Positions 55,184-64,000 of a stretch of 64,000 bases of DNA are shown in pieces. Under the pieces are notes generated by a model. That model did not search any database, was not told where the DNA came from, and was given only the letters and a program-made list of their open reading frames with translations. Position 1 is the stretch's first letter. Each line of letters opens with the position of its first letter. This DNA comes from Burkholderiaceae bacterium (GTDB lineage: Bacteria; Pseudomonadota; Gammaproteobacteria; Burkholderiales; Burkholderiaceae_F): NCBI GenBank assembly GCA_035429725.1, contig DAOMFI010000002.1, positions 13,324-77,323 of the forward strand, written 5' to 3'. The position numbers and the translations under genes were made by a program.

Positions 55184-56500
55184 ATGCGAAGACGCACGTT
55201 TTTCGGAAGGGCCGGTCGCGTGGTCGCGGGTCTGGCGACATTGCTACTGGCTGCGTGCGGTCAGGCAGGGCCGACGGAACCGGGCAAGAAGGGCGGTGGC
55301 GCAGCGCCGGCGCCCGAGGTGAACGTCGTCACGGTGCAGCCGCAGCAGGTGGTACTCACCACTGAACTCGCGGGTCGCACCAGCGCCTACCAGGTCGCGG
55401 AGGTGCGGCCGCAGGTGGGCGGCATCCTGAAGGAGCGGCTTTTTCGCGAGGGCAGCGAGGTGAAGGCGGGGCAGCCGCTGTACCGGATCGAACCTTCCAC
55501 GTTCGAGGCCGAGGTCGAGCGCGTGCAGGCTGCTCTTGTCAAGGCCGAGGCGAACATCGCCACCACGAAGCTGCGCGCCGAACGGTACGCCGAACTGGTG
55601 AAGATCAACGCCGTCAGCCAGCAGGCCTACGATGATGCCGAGGTCGCGCACAAGCAGGCCGTCGCGGATGTTGCCGCCGCAAAGGCGGCGCTGCAGTCGG
55701 CCAAGATCGCGCTCGGCTTCACTACGGTGACGGCGCCGATCAGCGGGCGGATCGGCCGCTCGTCCGTGACGCAGGGCGCGCTGGTGACGGCCAACCAGGC
55801 AAGCGCCCTGGCGACCATTCAGCGACTCGATCCGATCTACGTCGACGTCACGCAGTCGAGCGCTGAGCTTCTGCAGTTGCGGCGCGACCTCGAGTCCGGC
55901 GCGCTGAAAAGCGCCGGGCCTGACCAGGCCGGCGTGAAGCTGCTGCTCGAAGATGGCACACCCTATGCGCGGCAAGGCAAGCTGCAGTTCTCCGAAGTCA
56001 GCGTGGATCCGGCCAGCGGCAGCGTGACTTTGCGGGCGATCTTCCCCAACCCGCGCCAGCAGCTGCTGCCCGGCATGTACGTCCGGGCGGTGCTGGACGC
56101 GGGCGTGCGCGACAGCGCGTTGCTGGTGCCGCAGGAGGCCGTAACGCGTGACCCGAAAGGCAGTGCGAGCGCGATGATCGTCGCGGCGGACGGGACGGTC
56201 CAGCCGCGCATGCTGAAGACCGAGCGCACCGTCGGCAGATACTGGCTCGTCAGCGAAGGTCTCGCCGCCGGCGATCGGGTCATCGTGGAAGGCCTGCAGA
56301 AGGTCCGGCCGGGCGCGGCGGTCCGGCCGGTGGAGCGGCCCTCCCCGACCGCGGGCGGTACGGCTGGAAGCCCCGCCGCTTCAGCCAATGCGACGTTGCC
56401 GGGCGGCGGCAGGAATTCTCCCGGCGCTCCATCCCAGACCGCAGCCGACTCAGCGGGCAAGGGCGAAACCAAGGCCGGAGCGTCGGCGGCCGGCCGCTGA
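55184..56500 (+). CDS. RND efflux periplasmic adaptor (MFP, AcrA/MexA-like lipoprotein)
   Basis: Lipobox [36 protein letters not shown], and a Pro/Ala/Gly-rich C-terminal tail. Confidence 0.92.
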   Translation: MRRRTFFGRAGRVVAGLATLLLAACGQAGPTEPGKKGGGAAPAPEVNVVTVQPQQVVLTTELAGRTSAYQVAEVRPQVGGILKERLFREGSEVKAGQPLYRIEPSTFEAEVERVQAALVKAEANIATTKLRAERYAELVKINAVSQQAYDDAEVAHKQAVADVAAAKAALQSAKIALGFTTVTAPISGRIGRSSVTQGALVTANQASALATIQRLDPIYVDVTQSSAELLQLRRDLESGALKSAGPDQAGVKLLLEDGTPYARQGKLQFSEVSVDPASGSVTLRAIFPNPRQQLLPGMYVRAVLDAGVRDSALLVPQEAVTRDPKGSASAMIVAADGTVQPRMLKTERTVGRYWLVSEGLAAGDRVIVEGLQKVRPGAAVRPVERPSPTAGGTAGSPAASANATLPGGGRNSPGAPSQTAADSAGKGETKAGASAAGR

Positions 56501-56523
56501 ACGCCCATTGCGCGGGAGCACTC

Positions 56524-59500
56524 ATGGCTCGTTTCTTCATCGACCGACCGATTTTCGCCTGGGTGATCGCGATCGTGATCATGCTGTCGGGCGGCCTGGC
56601 GCTCACCGGCCTGCCGGTATCCATGTACCCGCAGATTGCGCCGCCGGCGGTCGTCATCAACGCCAGCTACCCAGGCGCATCGGCGAAGACCGTGGAGGAC
56701 TCGGTCACGCAGGTCATCGAGCAGAAGATGACCGGACTGGACAACCTGCTGTACATGTCGTCGAGCTCGGATTCGAACGGCGCCGCCACTGTCACGCTGA
56801 CCTTCCGCGCCGGCACGAACCCGGACATCGCGCAGGTACAGACGCAGAACAAGCTGCAGCTCGCGCTGCCGCTGCTGCCGCAGGCCGTGCAGGAGCAGGG
56901 CGTGCGCGTCAACAAGTCGACGGCGGACTTCCTGATGCTGGTCGGCTTCATCTCCGAAGACGGCCGGATGAGCAACATCGATCTTGCCGACTACGTCGTC
57001 ACCAACCTGCAGGAGCCGCTGTCGCGGGTGCCCGGCGTCGGCGACATCACTTCGTTCGGCACCCAGTACTCGATGCGCATCTGGCTCGATCCGGCAAAGC
57101 TGCAGCAGTACCGGCTCGTGCCGGCCGATGTCACCGCGGCGGTCCGTGCGCAGAACGCACAGGTGTCGGCCGGCCAGCTCGGTGGGCTGCCCGCGATTCC
57201 GGGCCAACGGCTGAACGCGACGATCACCGCGCAGAGCCGCCTGCAGACGCCGGAGCAGTTCGGCGACATTCTGCTCATCACGCGCCCGGATGGCGCGGTC
57301 GTCCGGCTGCGTGACGTCGCCCGCATCGAGATCGGCGCGGAGAACTACCAGAATATCTCGCGCTACAACGGCTTACCGGCGACAGGCGTGGCGGTGCGCC
57401 TCGCGCCGGGCGCCAACGCCCTGTCCACGGCCGACGCCGTGCGCGCCCGTGTGGCCGAGTTGTCGAAGAACTTCCCGCCGGGCATGAAGGCGGTCGACGC
57501 CTTCGACACGACCCTGTTTGTGGGTGCGTCGATCGAGGAGGTGGTGAAGACACTGATCGAGGCCGTCGTGCTCGTCTTCCTCGTGATGTATCTGTTCCTG
57601 CAGAACTGGCGGGCGACGCTGATTCCCACGATCGCGGTCCCGGTCGTCCTGCTTGGCACGATGGGCATTCTGGCGGTGGCCGGCTTTTCGATCAACACAC
57701 TGACGATGTTCGCTCTGGTGCTGGCGATCGGCCTGCTGGTCGACGACGCCATCGTCGTGGTGGAGAACGTCGAGCGACTGATCCACGACGAGCATCTGAG
57801 TCCGCTCGAGGCCACGCGCAAGTCGATGGATCAGATCACCGGCGCGCTAGTCGGCATCGCCATGGTGCTGTCGGCCGTGTTCGTGCCGATGGCCTTCTTC
57901 GGCGGGTCCACCGGCGTGATCTACCGTCAGTTCTCGATCACGATCGTCTCGGCGATGGCGCTTTCGGTGCTGGTGGCGCTGATTCTGACGCCGGCGTTGA
58001 CGGCCTCGCTGCTGAAGCCCGCGCCCGAGAAGGGCCACCACATCGGCAAGGGCGGCTTCTTCGGCCGCTTCAACCGCGGGTTCGATGCCGCCGCCCGGAC
58101 GTTCGAGCGCAGCGTCGCCCACTCGTTCCGCAAGCCGCTTCGCTACGTTGCGATCTACCTCTCGGTGATCGGCGCCGCCGCGGTGATCCTGCTGCGGCTG
58201 CCGACCGCGTTCCTCCCGGAGGAGGACCAGGGCATCCTCTTCACGATGTTCGTGTTGCCGGCCGGCGCCACGCAGGAACGCACGCTGGACGTCGTCAAGA
58301 GTGTCGAGGACTTCTACCTGACACAGGAGAAGGACAACGTCGAGTCGATGTTCTCCGTCGCCGGTTTCAGTTTCGGCGGCAGCGGCCAGAACACCGGCAT
58401 GGCGTTCGTGAAGCTGAAGAACTGGGACGAACGGCCGGGCGCGGCGCGTAGCGCGCAGGCAATCGCCAGCCGCGCCATGGGGGCGTTTTCGCAGATCAAG
58501 GATGCGCTGGTGTTCGCGTTCGCTCCGCCGGCGGTGCCGGGCCTCGGCCAGGCGAACGGCTTCACGTTGCAGTTGCAGGACCGCGGCAACCTCGGGCACG
58601 AGCGGCTGATGGCGGCGCGCAACATGTTGCTGGGCCTCGCGGCCAAGGAGCCGGGACTCATGAGCGTGCGGCCGAACGGCCAGGAGGACACCCCGCAGCT
58701 TCAGCTGACGATCGATTCCGCAAAGGCCGGGTCGATGGGCGTCACGATGGCCGCCGTCAACGACATGCTCGCCACCGCCTGGGGCGGCACCTACATCGAC
58801 GACTTCGTCGACCGCGGGCGGCTGAAGCGCGTGTACCTGCAGGGCGCGGCGCCGTCGCGCATGGTGCCCGAGGACCTGCGCAAGTGGCACGTGCGCAACG
58901 CCACCGGCGACATGGTGCCGCTGTCCGCTTTCTCGACCGCGAGCTGGACCTACGGATCGCCGCGCCTCGAACGCTACAACGGCATCCCGACCCGGCAGAT
59001 CCAGGGTTCGGCCGCCCCGGGCAGTAGCTCCGGCCAGGCAATGGCCGCGATGGAGCGGCTGGTGGCCCAGGTGCAGCAGACCTTCCCGGGTGTTGCCCTC
59101 GAGTGGACTGCGCTTTCATTCGAGGAGCGCCAGTCGGGCGCGCAGGCGCCGCTGCTGTATGCACTGTCGCTGCTCGTAGTGTTCCTTTGCCTCGCTGCAC
59201 TGTATGAGAGCTGGTCGCTGCCCTTTTCCGTAATGCTGGCCGTCCCGTTCGGCATCTTCGGCGTGGCGCTCGCCACCTGGCTGCGGGGACTCGAGAACGA
59301 CGTTTACTTCCAGGTCGGCCTGCTGACGATCGTCGGCCTGTCGGCGAAGAACTCGATCCTCATCGTCGAGTTCGCGAAGGCTATGGTCGAGCAGGGCGAG
59401 GAACTGGTAAAGGCGACTCTCCACGCCGCCCGCATCCGGCTGCGACCGATCATCATGACGTCGCTCGCGTTCGGCTTCGGCGTGCTGCCGCTCGCGATCA

Positions 59501-59700
59501 GCAGCGGCGCGGGTGCCGGCGGGCGTCATGCGGTCGGAACGGGGGTGATCGGCGGCATGCTGGCCGCCACGCTCATCGGGGTGTTCTTCGTGCCGCTCTT
59601 CTTCGTTCTGGTGCGACGCTGGTTTCCCGACAAGCAGGTGGATAAGCAGGGCGCGGCGGCAGGGAACGCGGTCGCGGCCGGCGTGGGAGGGCGGGGATGA
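56524..59700 (+). CDS. RND multidrug efflux permease (HAE1, AcrB/MexB-like)
   Basis: 1058 aa. [21 protein letters not shown]..., [15 protein letters not shown], 12 TM helices and two large periplasmic loops. Confidence 0.95.
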   Translation: MARFFIDRPIFAWVIAIVIMLSGGLALTGLPVSMYPQIAPPAVVINASYPGASAKTVEDSVTQVIEQKMTGLDNLLYMSSSSDSNGAATVTLTFRAGTNPDIAQVQTQNKLQLALPLLPQAVQEQGVRVNKSTADFLMLVGFISEDGRMSNIDLADYVVTNLQEPLSRVPGVGDITSFGTQYSMRIWLDPAKLQQYRLVPADVTAAVRAQNAQVSAGQLGGLPAIPGQRLNATITAQSRLQTPEQFGDILLITRPDGAVVRLRDVARIEIGAENYQNISRYNGLPATGVAVRLAPGANALSTADAVRARVAELSKNFPPGMKAVDAFDTTLFVGASIEEVVKTLIEAVVLVFLVMYLFLQNWRATLIPTIAVPVVLLGTMGILAVAGFSINTLTMFALVLAIGLLVDDAIVVVENVERLIHDEHLSPLEATRKSMDQITGALVGIAMVLSAVFVPMAFFGGSTGVIYRQFSITIVSAMALSVLVALILTPALTASLLKPAPEKGHHIGKGGFFGRFNRGFDAAARTFERSVAHSFRKPLRYVAIYLSVIGAAAVILLRLPTAFLPEEDQGILFTMFVLPAGATQERTLDVVKSVEDFYLTQEKDNVESMFSVAGFSFGGSGQNTGMAFVKLKNWDERPGAARSAQAIASRAMGAFSQIKDALVFAFAPPAVPGLGQANGFTLQLQDRGNLGHERLMAARNMLLGLAAKEPGLMSVRPNGQEDTPQLQLTIDSAKAGSMGVTMAAVNDMLATAWGGTYIDDFVDRGRLKRVYLQGAAPSRMVPEDLRKWHVRNATGDMVPLSAFSTASWTYGSPRLERYNGIPTRQIQGSAAPGSSSGQAMAAMERLVAQVQQTFPGVALEWTALSFEERQSGAQAPLLYALSLLVVFLCLAALYESWSLPFSVMLAVPFGIFGVALATWLRGLENDVYFQVGLLTIVGLSAKNSILIVEFAKAMVEQGEELVKATLHAARIRLRPIIMTSLAFGFGVLPLAISSGAGAGGRHAVGTGVIGGMLAATLIGVFFVPLFFVLVRRWFPDKQVDKQGAAAGNAVAAGVGGRG

Positions 59701-61103
59701 CGACGTCGCTTCGACCGTCCGCCGCCGCGCTCGCGGCTGCCTCCGCGCTCGCCGGCTGTATGACACTCGCGCCGACCTACGAGCGCCCGGCCGCGCCGGT
59801 CCCCTCGAACTGGAGCGCGGCGAACGTCGCGACGGCGGGCAGATCCGCGCGGGACATCCCGTGGGAGCAGTTCTTTGCCGACGACCGTCTGCGCTCCCTG
59901 ATCGAGTTGACCCTCGCCAACAACCGCGACCTGCGTATCGCCGCGCTGAACATCGAGCGCGCCCGCGCGCAGTACCAGATCCAGCGTTCGGAGCTGTTTC
60001 CGTCGGTCGACGCGTCGATCGTAGGCACCAACCAGCGTGTGCCCGGCGAGTTGTCGGCGACTGGCGAGCCCGTGATCAACCGCAGCGTTGGCGCTGCCGT
60101 GGGCATCGTCAGCTACGAACTCGACCTCTTCGGCCGCATCCGCAGCCTGAACGACCAGGCGGCCTACCAGTACCTCGCGACGGAAGAAAGCCGGCGGGCC
60201 GTGCAGATCGCGCTGGTCGCGGAGGTGGCGAGCACGTGGCTGACGCTGGCGGCCGACCTGGAGCGGCTGCAGATCGCCGAGGCAACGTACAAGTCGCAGC
60301 GAGAGACGTTCGAGCTCGTGAAGAGGAGCAACGAACTGGGCGTGCAGTCCGGGCTCGATGTGCGCCAGGCCCAGGTGCTGCTCGAGGTCGCGCGCCGCGA
60401 CCGGGCCATCTATACGAGCCTGGTCGCCCAGGATCGCAACGCCCTCGCGCTTCTTGCGGGCGCGGCCGTTCCTCCGACGATGGAGCCGGCTGCGCCGTTG
60501 CCGCCCGGGGTCACAAGCGTGGCCGAACTGCCGTCCGGTGTTCCCTCGGAAGTGCTGACACGACGTCCGGACGTCATGGCGTCCGAGCGGCGGCTGCAGG
60601 CCGCGAACGCAAACATCGGTGCGGCCCGCGCGAATTTCTTCCCCCGCATCACACTGACGGGAAGCGCCGGCAGCGCGAGCCGCGAGCTGGATGGGCTGTT
60701 CGCCGCCGGTTCGCGCACGTGGGGCTTCACGCCGGCTGTCACGCTGCCGATCTTCACTGGCGGGGCGAACATCGCGACACTACAGGCGAGCGAGACGGAC
60801 CGCGCTATCGCGGTCGCCGCTTACGAGCGGGCGATCCAGTCCGCGTTCCGCGAGGTCGCGGACGCGCTGGCGCAGCGCTCGACGGTCGACGAGCAGTACC
60901 AGGCGCAGAAGGCGCTGGTCGAGGCGCTCGAGGACACCACGCAACTGTCGCTCGCGCGCTTCCGGAACGGCGTCGACAGCTACTTTGCTGTCCTCGACGC
61001 GCAGCGGCAGCTCTTCGCCGCGCAGCAGGTGCTTGCCGGACTCCGGCTGGCGCGCGATGCCAATCTCGTGACGCTCTACAAGGTGCTCGGAGGGGGGGCT
61101 TGA
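59697..61103 (+). CDS. outer-membrane efflux lipoprotein (OprM/NodT family)
   Basis: Lipobox [41 protein letters not shown]-terminal [12 protein letters not shown] overlap with the RND gene. Confidence 0.92.
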   Translation: MTTSLRPSAAALAAASALAGCMTLAPTYERPAAPVPSNWSAANVATAGRSARDIPWEQFFADDRLRSLIELTLANNRDLRIAALNIERARAQYQIQRSELFPSVDASIVGTNQRVPGELSATGEPVINRSVGAAVGIVSYELDLFGRIRSLNDQAAYQYLATEESRRAVQIALVAEVASTWLTLAADLERLQIAEATYKSQRETFELVKRSNELGVQSGLDVRQAQVLLEVARRDRAIYTSLVAQDRNALALLAGAAVPPTMEPAAPLPPGVTSVAELPSGVPSEVLTRRPDVMASERRLQAANANIGAARANFFPRITLTGSAGSASRELDGLFAAGSRTWGFTPAVTLPIFTGGANIATLQASETDRAIAVAAYERAIQSAFREVADALAQRSTVDEQYQAQKALVEALEDTTQLSLARFRNGVDSYFAVLDAQRQLFAAQQVLAGLRLARDANLVTLYKVLGGGA

Positions 61104-61105
61104 CC

Positions 61106-61807
61106 ATGGCGACCAAGATCAGGGGACGCCAGGGCACGCGGGCGAACGGCAGCGGGACAGCGGAGACAGCAGCCGTGCCCGTGCGCCGGCTCGAACGCGC
61201 CCGTCGGGTTACAACCGGTCCGGCCGCGGCGGCCCCCGTCGAACTCGCGGACCTGCGACGGCGGCAGATCCTCGATGCCGCCGAGGCATGTTTCCGCAAG
61301 CACGGATTCCACAGCGCGAGCATGGCGGAGATCGCGAAGAGCTTCGGAATGAGCGCCGGCCATATCTACAACTACTTCGACAGCAAGGAAGCGATCATCG
61401 CCGGCATCGTCGAGCGCGACCTCGAGGAGACTCTGCGCCTCGCCGCCGAGCTGCAGGGCGCCTCTGACATGACCGCGGCGCTGCTCGAACGCGTCGACGA
61501 GGGTGTGGCGGAGAAGCTCGATGCATCGACTGCGCAGCGGCAGTTCGAAGTCCTCGCCGAGGCCGGGCGCAATCCGAAGGTCCTGGCGATGGTGCAGGCG
61601 GCCGATGCGAGGATCCGCGCGGTGCTGCGTGACCTCGTTCGCCGCACGCGCGCCGACGGGCATTCCGGCCGCGACCTCGACGGGAAGGTCGCGGTCCTGA
61701 TGGCACTGTTCGACGGGCTGATGGTGCGAGGGCTTAGGCAGGACGAGGTCAACCGCCAGCAGGTCACGCGGGTGCTGCGCTCTCTGGTTGCGCAGCTGAT
61801 CGCGTAG
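61106..61807 (+). CDS. TetR-family transcriptional regulator
   Basis: ATG lies 2 nt after the OMF stop. HTH ASMAEIAKSFGMSAGHIYNYFDSKEAII follows a ~50 aa N-terminal extension. Confidence 0.85.
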   Translation: MATKIRGRQGTRANGSGTAETAAVPVRRLERARRVTTGPAAAAPVELADLRRRQILDAAEACFRKHGFHSASMAEIAKSFGMSAGHIYNYFDSKEAIIAGIVERDLEETLRLAAELQGASDMTAALLERVDEGVAEKLDASTAQRQFEVLAEAGRNPKVLAMVQAADARIRAVLRDLVRRTRADGHSGRDLDGKVAVLMALFDGLMVRGLRQDEVNRQQVTRVLRSLVAQLIA

Positions 61808-61810
61808 GCG

Positions 61811-61984
61811 TCATGCCTGCAGCGCGAGGAAGATCCGATAGGTGATCAGCGACAGCATGCAGAGCACGCCGAGTCCCAGCAGAAAGATGCCGAAGCCCTT
61901 TCGCCGGAGAGAGAAACCGACGGCGAAGAGCAGGATGCCGAGGAAGAGGAGGGTCGTCGAGAACCAGGGAGGCAGAAGGTTCAT
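61811..61984 (-). CDS. 57-aa two-TM small membrane protein (hypothetical)
   Basis: MNLLPPWFSTTLLFLGILLFAVGFSLRRKGFGIFLLGLGVLCMLSLITYRIFLALQA*. It is below the ORF-track length cutoff, has two clean hydrophobic helices with a basic loop, and shows no recognised homology. Confidence 0.35.
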   Translation of the reverse strand: MNLLPPWFSTTLLFLGILLFAVGFSLRRKGFGIFLLGLGVLCMLSLITYRIFLALQA

Positions 61985-62155
61985 TTGGAGTTCTTCGATT
62001 GCGAGAGGATTCTTCCACAGGATGCCCGCCCCTGGCTCGCCAGCTTTGAATTCTCGTCAGGACGGCGCCGAGGCGTAGCGCGGTCATGGATCGCACCTGT
62101 TGAACCGCGGAACGCGCAGTTTGCCGCGTTTCCATCGTCAGAGTGGAGAGTTGCC

Positions 62156-63016
62156 ATGATTCTTGTTTGCGGGGGTACCGGAACAATCGGCAGCGAGGTC
62201 GTCCGCCTGCTGAAGGCGCAGGACGTTCCGTTCCACGTACTGGTGCGTGATCCGGTCAAGGCCGACGCTCTGAGGGCGCAGGGCATCGAAACGGTTGCCG
62301 GGGATCTTCGTCAGCCGCAGACCTTGCCGCGCGTGCTGCAAGGGGTGGAGAAGGTCTTCGTCGTCACTCCCCTCGTGCCGGACCAGGTTCAGATGCGCGC
62401 CGCGCTCATCGCTGCAGCGAAGTCGGCGCGAGTCAGGCATGTCGTCATGTCCACAGGGATCGGCGCTTCCCCGGACTCGCCGGTGCAGATCGGGCGCTGG
62501 CACGGAGAAAACGAGAAGCAGCTGCAAGCATCCGGCATGGCGTGGACCTTCGTCCAGCCCGGCTTCTTCATGCAGAACCTGCTGATGCATGCCGAACCCA
62601 TTCGCGACAAGGGCGAGTTCTACCTGCCGCTCGGCGACGGCAAGGTAAGCTGGATCGACGCACGCGACATTGCCGCGGTGGCCGTCACGGCCCTCATCGA
62701 GCCGGGGCACGAGAACCGGGCCTATCCACTTACGGGGCCAGAAGCGCTGACCGGCGGCGAGGTGGCCACCACTCTGAGCGAGGTGCTGCGCCGCCCGGTT
62801 CGCTATGTCCCGATCACGCCCGACCAGGCGAAGCAGGCGATGACGCTCGCCGGAATGCCGGAAGCGCTGGCGGACGCAATGAACGAGCTGAATGCACTTG
62901 CACAGGCCGGCCACGCTGCCGGGGTGCTCGACACGGTCGAGAGCGTCACCGGCCGCCCGGCGCGCAGTTTCAGACACTTTGCAAACGACCATGCCGCAGC
63001 CTTCGCGAGGGCCTGA
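62156..63016 (+). CDS. NmrA-like / atypical SDR NAD(P)-binding protein
   Basis: ATG 62156 with a GGAGAG RBS. MILVCGGTGTIGSEVVRLL Rossmann motif, followed by NmrA-like length and layout. Confidence 0.85.
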   Translation: MILVCGGTGTIGSEVVRLLKAQDVPFHVLVRDPVKADALRAQGIETVAGDLRQPQTLPRVLQGVEKVFVVTPLVPDQVQMRAALIAAAKSARVRHVVMSTGIGASPDSPVQIGRWHGENEKQLQASGMAWTFVQPGFFMQNLLMHAEPIRDKGEFYLPLGDGKVSWIDARDIAAVAVTALIEPGHENRAYPLTGPEALTGGEVATTLSEVLRRPVRYVPITPDQAKQAMTLAGMPEALADAMNELNALAQAGHAAGVLDTVESVTGRPARSFRHFANDHAAAFARA

Positions 63017-63163
63017 GAGAATCGCCCCGGCGTCATGCCGTCTTGGACGATCCCCGCGTCATCGACGCGACTCGCACCTGGCTTTGGCCGTTCGCGCCGA
63101 GCGACGTGTCGGAGCATACAAGGACAGCCTCCGGGCGCATGTGCGACGGGCAACCGACCGGCC

Positions 63164-64000
63164 ATGTGGCGATGCCGGTCCGCGTTCGCTCTTCTCGCGT
63201 CGCTGGCAGCACTTCCGCCGATGGCGCGGGCAGAACAGACGCAAGGCGCGGGCGCGTTCAGCGTCGCGGTCGAGAACGACGTCCTCTCGGGCACTGATCG
63301 CGGGTACACGAATGGAATTGTGTTTACATGGGTTCCGCCCGCCGGATCCGCTCCGGAGTGGGCGGGGCGTCTGGTCCGGTCGCTTCCTTGGGCCTCGCGG
63401 AAAGCTTCCGTGCGCCACGGATACGCGATCGGACAGAACATGTACACGCCGCGTGACATCTCGCTCGCGGTTCCTCCCGCCGACGACCGCCCATATGCCG
63501 GCTGGCTTTACGGAACGGTAGGCTTGGCCACCGAGGCCGGCGATCAGTTCGTGCAGGCGGCAGTGACGCTCGGGGTCGTCGGGCCTGCAACTCGCGCAGG
63601 GCAAGTTCAGGCAGCGGTGCACAAGATCACTGGTTCGGATAGGCCACAGGGCTGGGACACGCAGTTGAGCAACGAACCCGGGATCGTCCTCGCATACCAG
63701 CAAGCCCGCAGGAACTGGATAACTGCGTCACACGCAGAACTAGGGTTCGATGTCACGCCATACTTCGGCGGTGCACTGGGAAACGTTTACACCTATGGGG
63801 GCGCCGGCCTGACGGCTCGCTACGGGCATGGGCTTCCCGCGTACACCGGGTCGCCACGCAGCCAGCCGGCTTTCCCGGCTTCGCGCGCCTTCGTGCCGAC
63901 GCCGCACTTCAGCTGGTACGTCTTCGCCACGGTCGATGGCCGCGCGGTGGCGCGCAACATCTTCCTGGACGGGAACACTTTCAAGGACAGCCCGGGCGTC
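63164..64000 (+). CDS. lipid A deacylase LpxR-family (DUF2219) outer-membrane protein, 3' end outside the window
   Basis: Signal peptide MWRCRSAFALLASLAALPPMARA, then VENDVLSGTDRGYTNG, GQNMYTPRDI, DRPYAGWLY, GWDTQLSNEPG. The frame stays open to the window end. It is absent from the supplied ORF track. Confidence 0.8.
   Translation, partial: MWRCRSAFALLASLAALPPMARAEQTQGAGAFSVAVENDVLSGTDRGYTNGIVFTWVPPAGSAPEWAGRLVRSLPWASRKASVRHGYAIGQNMYTPRDISLAVPPADDRPYAGWLYGTVGLATEAGDQFVQAAVTLGVVGPATRAGQVQAAVHKITGSDRPQGWDTQLSNEPGIVLAYQQARRNWITASHAELGFDVTPYFGGALGNVYTYGGAGLTARYGHGLPAYTGSPRSQPAFPASRAFVPTPHFSWYVFATVDGRAVARNIFLDGNTFKDSPGV

Noticed and set aside
59861-61807. 648-aa ORF
   Set aside because: Only the last 233 codons (from ATG 61106) form the TetR regulator. 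The rest overlaps the OMF gene in another frame and has Arg/Gly/Pro-rich composition.
1-64000. Search by eye for tRNA, rRNA, CRISPR arrays and large exact repeats
   Set aside because: All intergenic regions are short (under about 350 bp). None shows tRNA-like T-arm motifs, rRNA-like sequence or spaced direct repeats. This visual scan is not equivalent to running tRNAscan-SE, Infernal or a CRISPR finder.

Overview
High-GC (roughly 67-69% by eye) proteobacterial chromosomal segment, probably Burkholderiales-like given the Bug/TctC receptor remnant, the IS481-family element and many CaiB/PrpD/acyl-CoA modules. By eye I found no rRNA, tRNA or CRISPR array. Most of the window is a dense set of organic-acid / acyl-CoA catabolic operons: 4 MmgE/PrpD paralogs, 7 family III CoA-transferase domains (two proteins are tandem fusions), 4 acyl-CoA dehydrogenases, 3 crotonases including a BadI/MenB-like one, MaoC hot-dog hydratases, an OYE flavoreductase and an ADP-forming acyl-CoA synthetase. 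These sit with TRAP, Liv-type ABC and MFS transporters and GntR regulators. The 3' end carries a TetR-controlled RND efflux operon, an orphan higA, GST, PEBP, DUF2889, an NmrA-like gene and a partial LpxR-like gene. The most unusual region is 2951-13540. A Bug/TctC gene there is split by an ~8.6 kb insertion that ends in an IS481-type terminus. The insertion carries a translationally coupled triad: an intact P2-type P-type ATPase, a full-length P1B-like paralog in which every catalytic motif is degenerate (DKTGT->EDVGV, TGES->DEAA, CPC->DPQ), and a small DUF1490-like membrane protein. Several gene remnants surround it. Other notable points are an in-frame TAG in the TRAP solute-binding gene, conserved Asp->Glu changes in the N-terminal halves of both tandem CoA-transferases, and candidate operator palindromes. 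All family assignments come from motif recognition by eye. No database search was run.
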